From an uncultured archaeon (GTDB lineage Archaea; Asgardarchaeota; Thorarchaeia; Thorarchaeales; Thorarchaeaceae): DNA of 64,000 bases. Shown here one piece after another: positions 1 to 10,406 of the stretch. The number at the start of each line of letters is the position of its first letter. The first letter of the stretch is position 1. The translations under genes were made by a program, and so were the position numbers. The stretch covers positions 192,001-256,000 of the forward strand of contig CAZLEV010000003.1 in assembly GCA_964558645.1 (NCBI GenBank), given 5' to 3'. Below the pieces are notes generated by a model. It had not been told where the DNA came from, did not search any database, and saw only the letters and a program-made list of their open reading frames with translations.

Positions 1-1791
1 TTTGCTGTTCACAGTGTTGTCATGAATAGTGTGGTTGACCCAAATCAGTCCCGGTTGGTCACCCAGATAGATTCCACAGCCCGTGAGATCATTAGATGCT
101 ATCGTCGCATTCCGAGTGAGTTCCACTCGAAGGCCAAAAGAGGATGTTCTTGCATCTATCGTGTTATTCGCAATCACCCCCCGGTAGGCTTGCCATGCAG
201 TTATCCCTGAGTACCTCACTTCTGTAATCGTGTTTTCCAGAATCGAGATATTCACCGATGTATCGATGTAGATGCCGTCCTCGGCTTGCAACACTTCGTT
301 TCCAGTAACTATCGCCCTCGGAGAGTCGGTGAAGTACAACCCCGTTGATTCCGATTCGATGACGACATTACTGAAGACCTGTAGATCGGGGCAGGTGTCA
401 CAGCTTAGTCCCTCGTCCCACGTATACATGATGGTGTTCTCCTGGACCTGAGCGTTTTGACAGCTAGCGAGACGAATACCGTATTCGTCTGTGTTCGAAA
501 CCGTGTTGTATTCCACTGTCACATTTGGTGCATCGAGGAGTAAGATGCCGGCTCGCTCAGTCAGGTCAACCGCGTTGTTGGAGAAGGTGCAGTTCTCACC
601 AGTATCTAGATGAATGCCTGAGAGGCCAGTATCATGGACTGAGTTCGAATAAACAATGATGCGGTCACCATTCTCAACTACGATTCCGTATCCTGCCGAA
701 TCCATGACTGTATTGCCGCTGATAATCAAGTCATGAGAGTCTGCTGTGTAGATTCCGTCGGCACACATGGATACGGCATTGTCGGTAATGTTGCAGCGAT
801 GAGAGGAATGCATCTCTATTCCCACGTCACTCACGTCCTCAAGAACGCAGTTAGCGACTCGCGTATCATTGGAACCCGAGATGTAGATTCCCGTTCCTGC
901 CTCAGAGAACTCGAAATCCTCGATAGCGGAATCCCCTGAGCCGGCCATCTCCAAGACCCTACCCGAAGACACCGTTCCCTTGATACCAGCAAGTGACGAA
1001 TGGGGGCAGACCGCAACGTTGAGACCAGCCTGTGGGCTTTCAAGGGACACGCCTGTTACCGTGAGCCAATGACACGAGGCAGCGACTATTCCCAACACAC
1101 CATGGATCAGCTCTGTGTCCTCTATCGTAGTGTGGTTTGAGCTCAGCAGATAGAGATTGTATCCAGTGGTATGACATTGAGACACAGTATCTTCAATCCG
1201 CAGCTGATGTGCCAGAATTGCAAGGACGCTCCAGTAGTCCGTTGAGTTAAGAACTGAATGCATCACCGAACAATCAGTGGATACATCGAGCTCCAATGCA
1301 AAGGCATCACCCGCGAGAACGTACACATGATCGAGCAGCGTATTGTTCGCTCTGGTGAGGAGCAGTCCTCCCCACTGAGACCCAATATGGGAATACTCTA
1401 TCGTGCCATGAGATACATTATCGAGAGAGACCGCCCAAGTTGATGACAGTTGGTTCAAGAAGCAGTCTCTGATCACGAAGTGGGCCTCGGTGTTCTCAAT
1501 TTCGATGAGCGTCCGGTCGATGCCGTACGTGATGTTCAACCCAGATATCATGTATGGGTCGACATCGGTCCCGGATCCTGGCCAGTTCTGAGCTTCAAAA
1601 TCGTCTGTGCCGTTTATATAGATCGGCACATGGTTGGTGAACTCCTCCGGTCCGAGCCTAGGCCCAGGTTCTTGAGCTGTCAGATGGCGCGGCGCTTGGG
1701 TCAATGTCTTTGGGGCCAGTCCTCCTGAAAAGATGAGGAATGGCTGCAGAGCAATGACTATTAGCAATATACTAGCTGTTACTTTCCTAAT
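1..1791 (-). CDS. NosD/parallel beta-helix (CASH) repeat secreted surface protein, paralog 1 (3' end beyond window; absent from ORF track)
   Basis: Manual translation of the minus frame: N-terminus IRKVTASILLIVIALQPFL...QEPGPRLGPEEFTNHVPIYINGTDDFEAQNWPGSGTDVDPYMISGLNIT matches the neighbouring paralogs (QEPGTRLLPQQHTNRVPI..QGWPGTGSEADPYVISGWNIT). The same frame reads WVNHTIHDNTVNSK at position 1, matching YNHSFSDNTVNGK. Start uncertain (ATT 1791 or TTG 1806). Only the two ends were translated by hand. Confidence 0.85.
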   Translation of the reverse strand, partial: MRKVTASILLIVIALQPFLIFSGGLAPKTLTQAPRHLTAQEPGPRLGPEEFTNHVPIYINGTDDFEAQNWPGSGTDVDPYMISGLNITYGIDRTLIEIENTEAHFVIRDCFLNQLSSTWAVSLDNVSHGTIEYSHIGSQWGGLLLTRANNTLLDHVYVLAGDAFALELDVSTDCSVMHSVLNSTDYWSVLAILAHQLRIEDTVSQCHTTGYNLYLLSSNHTTIEDTELIHGVLGIVAASCHWLTVTGVSLESPQAGLNVAVCPHSSLAGIKGTVSSGRVLEMAGSGDSAIEDFEFSEAGTGIYISGSNDTRVANCVLEDVSDVGIEMHSSHRCNITDNAVSMCADGIYTADSHDLIISGNTVMDSAGYGIVVENGDRIIVYSNSVHDTGLSGIHLDTGENCTFSNNAVDLTERAGILLLDAPNVTVEYNTVSNTDEYGIRLASCQNAQVQENTIMYTWDEGLSCDTCPDLQVFSNVVIESESTGLYFTDSPRAIVTGNEVLQAEDGIYIDTSVNISILENTITEVRYSGITAWQAYRGVIANNTIDARTSSFGLRVELTRNATIASNDLTGCGIYLGDQPGLIWVNHTIHDNTVNSK

Positions 1792-2217
1792 TTCAATCTC
1801 CTCCAAACAGTGGTCTGTACGCCCCGTGGCATGCTCTGGGAATCCGCAGGTGATATTTCATTCATCTCGACCTCCTATGCGTGACCACCACCTCTTCTGA
1901 ATCAAGAGGCTTCGAAGAAGAAGACCAAGATGGCCCTCCTCATTCCAGCGCGGGCGCTCTGACACTTACGGACAGTACTGCCTAATAAGTTTCGAGTATC
2001 GCTTCTTTGACGCCGCGAATGCCGTCCCATGGAGCTTTGAAACGGCTTGCTTTCGTTGCGAATTTGGATCTTGCCGATGATGTGTTTGAGATGATCTATG
2101 GTTGCCCTTTTGACGGTGCGTCAAGTTGTTCATCTCTCACTGACTCGTGGGACTGTGCGGCCCGATGGAGTCGTCTATTCCAGATACCATGACTGATGTG
2201 GCTAAAACAAATGAGGA

Positions 2218-2243
2218 AAGGCCCGAAGCTCTGCCCGGGCCTT
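2218..2243 (-). terminator. GC-rich hairpin just downstream of paralog 2 stop
   Basis: AAGGCCCG-N10-CGGGCCTT inverted repeat a few nt after the stop at 2250, followed on the minus strand by a T-rich stretch. Confidence 0.5.
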
Positions 2244-2249
2244 GTTGAC

Positions 2250-5200
2250 TTAACTAGAACCTCTTCGTTTTGTCATGTAGTAAAGCACGGCTATCACGAC
2301 AACTGCCACCACGCCTGCTCCAGCGACTATGGCCAGCATCGAATAGTCCACGGGTTCGGTCGGGGTCTCCATCGGTGTGACTGCTAACACGTTCAGATTG
2401 ACGGTGTCACTTGCTGACTGACCAGTCTTGTCATATACCGTGATGGTGAAACCATAGGTTCCAACATCGTATCCATCTACGGTGAACGTGATGCGACTTC
2501 CTGCCCACATTCCCTCCTCTATGACAGAGCCATCCAAGACAATCTCATATCTATCAGGATGTGCATCACTGGGGCTCCAGATGATTCTGTTTCCTGTCGC
2601 GCCTTCAACATAGATCACATCAGCCGGGCTATCTATGGTGGGTGCTTCGTCGTCCGCGATGACGAGTACAGCCACTGAATCACTGGCCGAGTTTCCGTCA
2701 GCATCATAGATTACCAGTACAACATCATGCCTTCCTACAGGGATTGCATCGACGTTTACGGACAGAGTTCCTGTACTCCATGTGCCGGTTTCAAACTCGA
2801 TACCATCCACAGACACCATGTAGGTGGCTGGATTGAGGTCGCTTACCTCCCAGTCAATTGTCTGGCCGGCTAGGTCAACAAACAACCACTGATCTGGTGG
2901 GCTGTCAACTACTGGTGGCGTGTCGTCGTATACCTGAACCAGAACGGTATCGTTGACGTAGTTCTGATATATGTCCCACACCGTCACCGTAACTGTGTGT
3001 GTACCGTAAGGGAGGCCATCGACATTGACGGTTATGTTGTCGAGGTTCCAGGCCCCCCGTGTCCACTCGGCCCCGTCAATCTCAACCAGCCAGTTGCGAA
3101 GCGCGTCGTCGTACGGGAACCAAGCGATTGTATTGCCAACTGATCCTTCTGCATACCAGAGGTCGATTGGGCTGTTGATGATTGGCTTGGTGACGATATA
3201 CCTGTAGGGATAGCTGTCAACCGATGTACCCCCAGGTATGTTATACACCCCTGTTCCGCTGTAGTCGTCCCAGTAATTGCCACTATCCACGCGGTCGTCC
3301 CACTGGTCAGAACCAGAGTCAAAACCATTGTGAATCCTGTTCAGTGCAAAGGTGTTGTTGTAGATATACTGGTCATCGTCCGTCTGAGTAATGTACAGGC
3401 CATAGGAGTTCCAGCGGATGGTGTTGTTGTAAATGTACCATGTGAAGCTGTCGTCCATTCGGATTCCGTAGAGCCCATCGTGTATGTTGTTGAACGTGGC
3501 GTTGTTGTAGTCAGACTCTGAAGACGAGAAGATTCCGTACTCGCACCACTGCATGTGATTTGCTCTGATGCTTGAGTAAAGAGTGAATTCTATTCTAACC
3601 CCATATGTGCAGTTGGACATCAAGTTGGATTCTACGAGACCATATTCAGAGCTATAGGAGTACACTCCGGCGCCATCGAGATCCGAGATCTCGCAGTTCT
3701 GGATGGTGGACAATGAAGAACCGTCAAGCCTGAAGCCATTGTGATTACCACGAGATATGGAAACATTGTCAGCAAGGAATCTGACTGAGTCCATGACGGT
3801 CACTCCATCGCCCGAATAGAGATCCTCCATAACCGAGTTCTGAAGAGTGACATTTTCACACCTGTCGAATACGAAGGGATAGATCAGATCGACTGTGGAC
3901 ATGCTAGAGATGGTCAGTTCGTCAGTGAGGTATGCAAGAATGGCAGCAGTTGTATGTGAGAAGAAACCGCCTGTGATGGTCACATCTGTGCTATTCACAA
4001 GAATATACTCACCATAGGAATCGTCAAGCGTCAGGCCAACACCATTGAGGTCATAGAAGACAGGCTTCTCGCCCACGTTGTTATCAATGAGTGTGTGATT
4101 GAGCTGCGCCAATGACTGCTCTGGCGGGAAGTAGAAACCACAGCCTGTCATGTTGTTGTTCTCAAATATCCCTTGTGTTGTCGCGGAGACCTGAATACCA
4201 GTCTCGCTGGCTTGTATTGTGTTGGCTTCGATCCAAGGTGCTGTAGCAGTGTTCAGGTCAACCCCAATCGCTGCATTGGATATCGTGTTGCCAATCACAC
4301 TCTGGTTTATGTTTCTCGCGAATATACCAGTGGACACCGTGTCAATGGTGTTGTCAACTATCTGAGCTCTATGGGCGGACCCGTAAACACCTACTCCTGT
4401 TAGGGCGTATGATATTGTGTTGGACTCGATTTGTGCGTCGCTGGCTTCTATGCGCACTCCAGTTTCTGTTTCCTGTATCCAGTTGTCGAACACCCTAGCA
4501 TTGGTGGATCCACTGGACAAAGTAACACCAATGGAGTTCTCGTAGAGAAGGTTACCACTGATCGTCAGATTGATACCTCCTGCAAGAACTCCTTGGTTAT
4601 ACGAGCTGTTCACAACATTTCCTGATACAGTCGCACGATGAGAGTTACTCAAGTAGATTGCAAACAAGCTAGAATCCTTGCAGGTGTTGTTGATCAGGTT
4701 TGCGTCTAGAACTCCGACAGGGGCAATGAAGTGGTTGCCGACATTTTCTATTGTATTCCTGAGGATCTCCAGATTTGCACCTGAGAAAGTGATGAATCCT
4801 CCATAGGTATTCTCGATGTGGTTGTCTGAAATAGTGAAATTCTCGGCACTATTTTGAAAGACAATCCCCCCGTAGCTGGGCGTATTCACAATGATGTTCC
4901 CTGATATGATTCCATTCTCTGAAGCCGTGGTATAGACCGGATAAGAACCTGAGGAGTTGAAGTGGTTACCCACGACACTGATCCACTGATGAGTTGCGAA
5001 TTGAAGGCCACTCCCTCCAGAATTCAGCACCCTGTTATCTTCAATAGTGACGTTTTCGGAGAGTGTGAGATGAATTCCCCTCCCACTTGCACTGAGGATC
5101 TGATTAGACCGAACATCGCAGTGACTGCTATTGTCCAGTCTCAGGCCAGAGCCCGTAGTCACATTGACGAGATTGGACTGGACCAGTGTTCCATTTGAGT

Positions 5201-5852
5201 GGTTGATGAAGAGCCCCATCGTTCCTGCCTGTGATATCTGATTGCCTGTTATTTCGATGCCTTTACACTCAGTAACAGATACGCCGTGACCTGAAAACGA
5301 GTTGGAGTCCAGCTGGATGTTCTCACACTGAAGCAGTTCCATATATGAAGCCGCATCAACGTGCGAGTCAATGTGGGCGATCCGCGAATCCGTGACATTC
5401 TCGAGGCGAATACCATAACCCTTGGAAACAACGGTGACATGTTCGATCAGAGCGTTGGCGGCGTTGATAACTTCGACAGCGTATCTGCCCGTAGATGATT
5501 GGCCGAGATAGCAGTCTCTGATAACGAAGTGGGACGTTGTGTTGTATATCCTTATCAAAATCTGGTTGATGTCGTAAGTTATGTTCAGACCCTCAATGAG
5601 ATACGGCGAACCAGGAGATCCATCACCGGGCCAAGACTGACTCACGAAGTCCTCCTCCCCCTCTATCAGTATGGGGACACGGTTAGTATGCTCCTCTGGA
5701 GTAAGCCGAGTGCCAACATCTTGTGCCGGCTTGTTCGGCGTAGTCTTTGACAGTTCAGTCCCTACTTCTGGCGTGAAAAGGCCAGTCGTAATCACGAGTG
5801 GCTGGGCTACTAAGATTGCTAACATGACAAACATGAAAACATTGCTCTTCAT
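2250..5852 (-). CDS. NosD/parallel beta-helix repeat surface protein with three C-terminal Ig-like repeats and TM anchor, paralog 2
   Basis: 1200 aa; signal peptide; many GIxLxxSxNxxIxxNxI beta-helix turns; GNYWDDY motif; three P-x-[IV]-x-SP-x-D...W...D...Y...DG repeats; C-terminal hydrophobic helix plus KRR; GGAGG before ATG. Confidence 0.9.
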   Translation of the reverse strand: MKSNVFMFVMLAILVAQPLVITTGLFTPEVGTELSKTTPNKPAQDVGTRLTPEEHTNRVPILIEGEEDFVSQSWPGDGSPGSPYLIEGLNITYDINQILIRIYNTTSHFVIRDCYLGQSSTGRYAVEVINAANALIEHVTVVSKGYGIRLENVTDSRIAHIDSHVDAASYMELLQCENIQLDSNSFSGHGVSVTECKGIEITGNQISQAGTMGLFINHSNGTLVQSNLVNVTTGSGLRLDNSSHCDVRSNQILSASGRGIHLTLSENVTIEDNRVLNSGGSGLQFATHQWISVVGNHFNSSGSYPVYTTASENGIISGNIIVNTPSYGGIVFQNSAENFTISDNHIENTYGGFITFSGANLEILRNTIENVGNHFIAPVGVLDANLINNTCKDSSLFAIYLSNSHRATVSGNVVNSSYNQGVLAGGINLTISGNLLYENSIGVTLSSGSTNARVFDNWIQETETGVRIEASDAQIESNTISYALTGVGVYGSAHRAQIVDNTIDTVSTGIFARNINQSVIGNTISNAAIGVDLNTATAPWIEANTIQASETGIQVSATTQGIFENNNMTGCGFYFPPEQSLAQLNHTLIDNNVGEKPVFYDLNGVGLTLDDSYGEYILVNSTDVTITGGFFSHTTAAILAYLTDELTISSMSTVDLIYPFVFDRCENVTLQNSVMEDLYSGDGVTVMDSVRFLADNVSISRGNHNGFRLDGSSLSTIQNCEISDLDGAGVYSYSSEYGLVESNLMSNCTYGVRIEFTLYSSIRANHMQWCEYGIFSSSESDYNNATFNNIHDGLYGIRMDDSFTWYIYNNTIRWNSYGLYITQTDDDQYIYNNTFALNRIHNGFDSGSDQWDDRVDSGNYWDDYSGTGVYNIPGGTSVDSYPYRYIVTKPIINSPIDLWYAEGSVGNTIAWFPYDDALRNWLVEIDGAEWTRGAWNLDNITVNVDGLPYGTHTVTVTVWDIYQNYVNDTVLVQVYDDTPPVVDSPPDQWLFVDLAGQTIDWEVSDLNPATYMVSVDGIEFETGTWSTGTLSVNVDAIPVGRHDVVLVIYDADGNSASDSVAVLVIADDEAPTIDSPADVIYVEGATGNRIIWSPSDAHPDRYEIVLDGSVIEEGMWAGSRITFTVDGYDVGTYGFTITVYDKTGQSASDTVNLNVLAVTPMETPTEPVDYSMLAIVAGAGVVAVVVIAVLYYMTKRRGSS

Positions 5853-6256
5853 TCATGTATCCTCCGCGAATTACTTCTCTCTGTGACCAACTGCTAGTAA
5901 ACAGCAGACTTACTTACATGCATTGTGGCGCACATGCTCTAGCAAAGATTGGCATTGTGCTTAATAAACTTCAGCTGGTTGGATTTCCCATTACCTCTCA
6001 AACTCCTTGGTTGCAGCTAAGGCCAGCTATACTGATCTGCATGTGTGGTCCAAACGGACTGCGTTCTTTCTTCTTAAGGAGTTCTTGTTCTTGTCGGTTA
6101 GAACATGGCGCTGAGTCAAGTTCGTTGCCCAGAATGTCTTCGGTATCGTCGAGCTAGGCCCTAAGCACCAAATTAGTTTCTTCCATATTCGGCGCTCTGA
6201 TGCTCTATTCTCCGATTAGAACGGTTTCCGTTGTATGATTGCTGCTGAGGGTACAA

Positions 6257-6282
6257 AGGCGCCTAGGTTCCCATAAGCGCCT
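6257..6282 (-). terminator. Hairpin downstream of paralog 3 stop
   Basis: Minus-strand AGGCGCTTATGG-GAA-CCTAGGCGCCT stem-loop 13 nt after the stop at 6296, followed by TTGT. Confidence 0.5.
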
Positions 6283-6295
6283 CTGCTCTCGGATG

Positions 6296-9200
6296 TCAAG
6301 CTCTTCTCTTCCGCAAGTAGAAGACAACGCTCACCGCGACTAGGATACCTAATGCCGCTAGTATCACCTCAAGTGGCACTAATTCAGTGAGTGGCGGTTC
6401 CTCTATGACAGCCTCCACTGGTAGAACCGTCAGTGCCACACTATCAGTGGCCGAATTGCCGCTGCGATCATAGACCGTGATGGTGAAGTCGTAACTGCCT
6501 ACGGGATACCCATCGATATCAAAGACTATTCGTCCACCTGACCATTTGCTGGATTTCACAACAGTTCCGTTCTTGGCAATCTCGTAGCTGGATGGATAGT
6601 CGTCTGACGGACTCCAGACAATACTATTTCCAGTCGAGTCCTCTTGATACGTTACGTCTGCAGGACTGTCGACAGTTGGAGACTCATCATCTGCGATGAC
6701 CAACACCACGACAGTGTCGCTTGCAGAGTTACCATCGATGTCGAAGATGGTGATTCTGACCTCGTGCTCTCCCTCAGGGATTCCATCGACATCTACGGCA
6801 AGAGTCCCAGACTCCCATGTACCTGATGATAACTCGGTATCGTCAACGAATAGAGTATAGGTGTCCGGATTTAGGTCGGAAACCTCCCAACTGATTGTTT
6901 GACCGGTTGCATCGACGAATAACCATTGGTCAGGTGGGTTGTCAATCTCAGGCGGCGTGTTGTCATAAACGTGGACCATGACTGTGTCCTCTACGGTGTT
7001 CCCAGTCATATCACGCACGGTGATGATGACCTCATGGGTCCCGTATGCCAGACCATCAATGTTCACGGTAACATTGTCGTAATTCCACGGACCGGAGTCC
7101 CAGGGGGCTCCGTCAATCTCAACCTCCCAGTTCTTGAGATAGTCATCAAAGGGCAGCCAAAAGATCTCGTTCCCTGTCGAACCCTCCGCGTAGTAGACAT
7201 CCTCTGGCGTGTTGATGATAGGCTCAGTCACCACATACTGCCTGGGGTATCTGTCCTGTGCGGCTCCCACTCCAGTGATGATATAGGGTGGCGGCGGAGT
7301 GTAGTCGCCCCATATGTTTCCCACATCGACCCCGTCGTCCCAGTACTCGAAGGTGTCATCGATTCCATTGGCATAGAAGTTGAGAGCAATGATGTTGTCT
7401 GCCACAACTCCGACTGTACCTACGCTTTCAAACTCCATCCCAACATTGTTCCAGCGTATGGTGTTGTTTACTATGATCCAATCCGAGCCCCCCTCTCTGA
7501 GGATACCATCATCGTTGTCGTGGACATTGTTCCACGTCACGTTCCAATCATCGCAGGTCGAGGCATACATAGCGGCACCACACCACTTCATCTCGTTATC
7601 AGTGATGAGGACATCATCAGTGTTACTCCCGTATATCGCCACAGACGCGTTGCTGAACTCACAACTGGATACAACTGCGAGAATGTTGGTGGTGAATGCT
7701 CCCTCCATGTAGACTGCATACCCATCTATGTCAGTGAAGGTGCAATCCAGGACTGTAAAATTGTAGAAGGCTATGCTAAGCAGAGCAGAGGGGAGGCCAA
7801 ACCATGTGCCACCCAGACCGTCAAATGAGCAGTTCTCAGCCCAGAATCCGTCGCTCTCCCATAAGAAGATACCACTTCCCAGGCTGGTGCCCTCGAAGGT
7901 GCAGTCGACCACTGTGACATTGTCCACAACCAGAGCGAATGAACTGACAATCTGTCGATTAACGAGGACGTTGCTCACCGTTATGTCATGGCCAAACATC
8001 AACTGGATCGGACAGGTGCTCCTCACAAACTCGCCTCCTGTGATGGTACTATCCGTGCAGTTCACGAGGATAATCTGGCCGTAATCGTTCCCGTCGATAC
8101 TCAGATCTGATTCGCTCAATGCATAGTATAGGGGTTTCCCGTTCACGGTGTTATCGGAGAATGAATGGTTGTATATGGAAACGGCTATGGGCTCCACCAA
8201 GAGGAGGAAACCACAGTCAACCAACGTGTTTCCGGAGAAGTTGGAGTAATCCACAGATATCAGATTAATGCCCGCAATTCCACAGTGGGAGATGCTATTG
8301 CTTGAGAAATCTGACTGGAACACCCCGTCCAGATACATGCCGTCCTGCCCACATTGGGAGATCTCATTGCCAGCGAACTCCGATGTTACAATGGATTGAA
8401 GATACATGCCATTTTCTGTGCACTCGGAGATAATGTTGTCATTGATTGTGCTGTTTACAGTGTCTACTACAGCCATACCCCCATAACAATTGCTGATGAC
8501 GTTGTCCCTGATGTACTGTTCATCACAGTTCTCAAGTACTATGCCGTATTCGCATTCCGAGATTGTGTTCTCCCAGAGCTCGATCAAACCGTGTCCCCCT
8601 GAATAGAAGCCCTCGTAAGTACACATCGAGATGTCATTGTACCAGATGTCTGTGAACGCTCCTCCAACGACTATTAAGCCATATTCCATATTCTCCATCG
8701 TATTGTCGTGAATCTTCCAAGCCACGCAATTCTCTAAGACGACTCCACCAGAATGGAAGTCCGCGACGAAGTTGTAGGCAAATGTCCCGTTATCGGAGGC
8801 TGCAATGTTGATGTCGCCCCCTTCGGCAATTCTGTTGTGGGAGATATTGGCCCAGTGGCATTGACCCAGGTCCATTCCAAAGCCGTTCACGGTTTCCAGT
8901 TCATTGAAGAGGATCTGAGAGTGGTTTGAGAGTGAGAGGCCGATAGCATTTCCGCCTATGTTCGAGAGCACTGAATCCTGAAGTCCGAAGTGTGGCGTGT
9001 TGGTGACTTCTATCCCCATAGACTGCGTGTCATTCACCAGGATGTTGCTGAAGGTTACTTCCGAGCATTGAGTGACTCGAAGACAGGAGGACCCTACTCG
9101 GTTAGAGAATCTGGAATCTGTGAGGCTGAAGGAGTGGCACTCATACACATTCAGTGCCCTGTTGTCGGTGGCAATATCGGCATTGCGTATCTCTGAGTTG

Positions 9201-9991
9201 TTTGAGTAGTAGAGAAAGATTCCCTCCATGCCCTCCAGGGCTGTCAGCCCATCAGCGAAGAAGGATGAGCAGTTCCGAACATACAGCTCGATGGCGGCGG
9301 CGTGAAACTCCACATCCAGTAGTTGGAAGTCCTCAGAGAACCAGATCTCGAGGTCCAGAATGCCGCTGTCAAAGACTGAGTCGCTGACGGTTGAGTAGCT
9401 ACTACTGTTGACATATGCCGCAGTGTGTGATGTAGCATTGAACAACGAATGTGTAACTTCGGAATCAGGACAGTAATTGATGTAGAGGGCATGTTCATTG
9501 TTTGATTCGGCATGCACATAACCAATGGATGTGCCACCTGCATTTCTAGCGAAGACACCTCCCCCACCTGAGAGGAGTGTCACATACTGAACCCTCGCGT
9601 GACTCACATTCTCCAGCAATATGCCTGATTCAGTTGACTGTTGCTTCAGGAAGCAGTCTTCTATGATGAAGTAGCTGTCAGTATTGGTAATCTTGATGAG
9701 ATAGTCTGGCCAATTGTATGTGATATTCCAGCCCGAGATGACGTAGGGGTCCGCTTCGCTACCTGTTCCCGGCCAGCCCTGTGCGATGAAGTCGTCATCT
9801 CCATCTATTCCAATGGGTACGCGATTCGTATGTTGTTGGGGAAGAAGGCGCGTACCTGGTTCTTGGGTTAAAACCGCATCCTTTCTCTTCGAGGTGTCGG
9901 CCGCATGTTGTCCACTTGCGATGTGCATGACAACGAGCGGTTGTACAATCAGAATCCCTAGAAAGACTAGAACGAACAATTTTCTCTTCAT
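6296..9991 (-). CDS. NosD/parallel beta-helix repeat surface protein with three Ig-like repeats and TM anchor, paralog 3
   Basis: 1231 aa; same architecture as 2250..5852 (signal peptide, WPGTGSEADPY, beta-helix repeats, GNIWGDY, three Ig-like repeats, TM plus RKRRA); GGAGGAG RBS. Confidence 0.9.
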   Translation of the reverse strand: MKRKLFVLVFLGILIVQPLVVMHIASGQHAADTSKRKDAVLTQEPGTRLLPQQHTNRVPIGIDGDDDFIAQGWPGTGSEADPYVISGWNITYNWPDYLIKITNTDSYFIIEDCFLKQQSTESGILLENVSHARVQYVTLLSGGGGVFARNAGGTSIGYVHAESNNEHALYINYCPDSEVTHSLFNATSHTAAYVNSSSYSTVSDSVFDSGILDLEIWFSEDFQLLDVEFHAAAIELYVRNCSSFFADGLTALEGMEGIFLYYSNNSEIRNADIATDNRALNVYECHSFSLTDSRFSNRVGSSCLRVTQCSEVTFSNILVNDTQSMGIEVTNTPHFGLQDSVLSNIGGNAIGLSLSNHSQILFNELETVNGFGMDLGQCHWANISHNRIAEGGDINIAASDNGTFAYNFVADFHSGGVVLENCVAWKIHDNTMENMEYGLIVVGGAFTDIWYNDISMCTYEGFYSGGHGLIELWENTISECEYGIVLENCDEQYIRDNVISNCYGGMAVVDTVNSTINDNIISECTENGMYLQSIVTSEFAGNEISQCGQDGMYLDGVFQSDFSSNSISHCGIAGINLISVDYSNFSGNTLVDCGFLLLVEPIAVSIYNHSFSDNTVNGKPLYYALSESDLSIDGNDYGQIILVNCTDSTITGGEFVRSTCPIQLMFGHDITVSNVLVNRQIVSSFALVVDNVTVVDCTFEGTSLGSGIFLWESDGFWAENCSFDGLGGTWFGLPSALLSIAFYNFTVLDCTFTDIDGYAVYMEGAFTTNILAVVSSCEFSNASVAIYGSNTDDVLITDNEMKWCGAAMYASTCDDWNVTWNNVHDNDDGILREGGSDWIIVNNTIRWNNVGMEFESVGTVGVVADNIIALNFYANGIDDTFEYWDDGVDVGNIWGDYTPPPPYIITGVGAAQDRYPRQYVVTEPIINTPEDVYYAEGSTGNEIFWLPFDDYLKNWEVEIDGAPWDSGPWNYDNVTVNIDGLAYGTHEVIITVRDMTGNTVEDTVMVHVYDNTPPEIDNPPDQWLFVDATGQTISWEVSDLNPDTYTLFVDDTELSSGTWESGTLAVDVDGIPEGEHEVRITIFDIDGNSASDTVVVLVIADDESPTVDSPADVTYQEDSTGNSIVWSPSDDYPSSYEIAKNGTVVKSSKWSGGRIVFDIDGYPVGSYDFTITVYDRSGNSATDSVALTVLPVEAVIEEPPLTELVPLEVILAALGILVAVSVVFYLRKRRA

Positions 9992-10406
9992 GAAATACTC
10001 CTCCAGATGAGGTTTCTCATACAGTAGCGTCCGGAAACTGAAATATCTCCATCTGAATCATCTCAGGTCCAGACTATCCTCATCACATATCTGCACACTT
10101 CAGAATTAAACTTCTTCTATTGAAGGGCAGATTGATGATAAGCATCTGTATTTCATGAGAATGAGGTGTGGCCAGGCACGACAGAGCTTATGTGGTAGGA
10201 GGGGGGGAGTTTGTGTAATGAGGGCATGTTACAAAACTAGGCCCTGCCGTATTGATACCTGACCACGAATCAATGCTCTGAATAGTGCCTAATAAGCTTG
10301 TCTAATACTGACGCGGATTTCGCAGTCAAGAACAGCATTTCAGCGATATCTATGCAAAGCTTAAATCATCATACTCTACACTTGAAGTCAAAAGGGAGGA
10401 CTACAT

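Noticed and set aside
6926-7828. 300-aa plus-strand ORF and the many other antisense/overlapping ORFs (e.g. 52300..52938, 54850..55509)
   Set aside because: Shadow frames of well-supported genes, with no motifs or RBS
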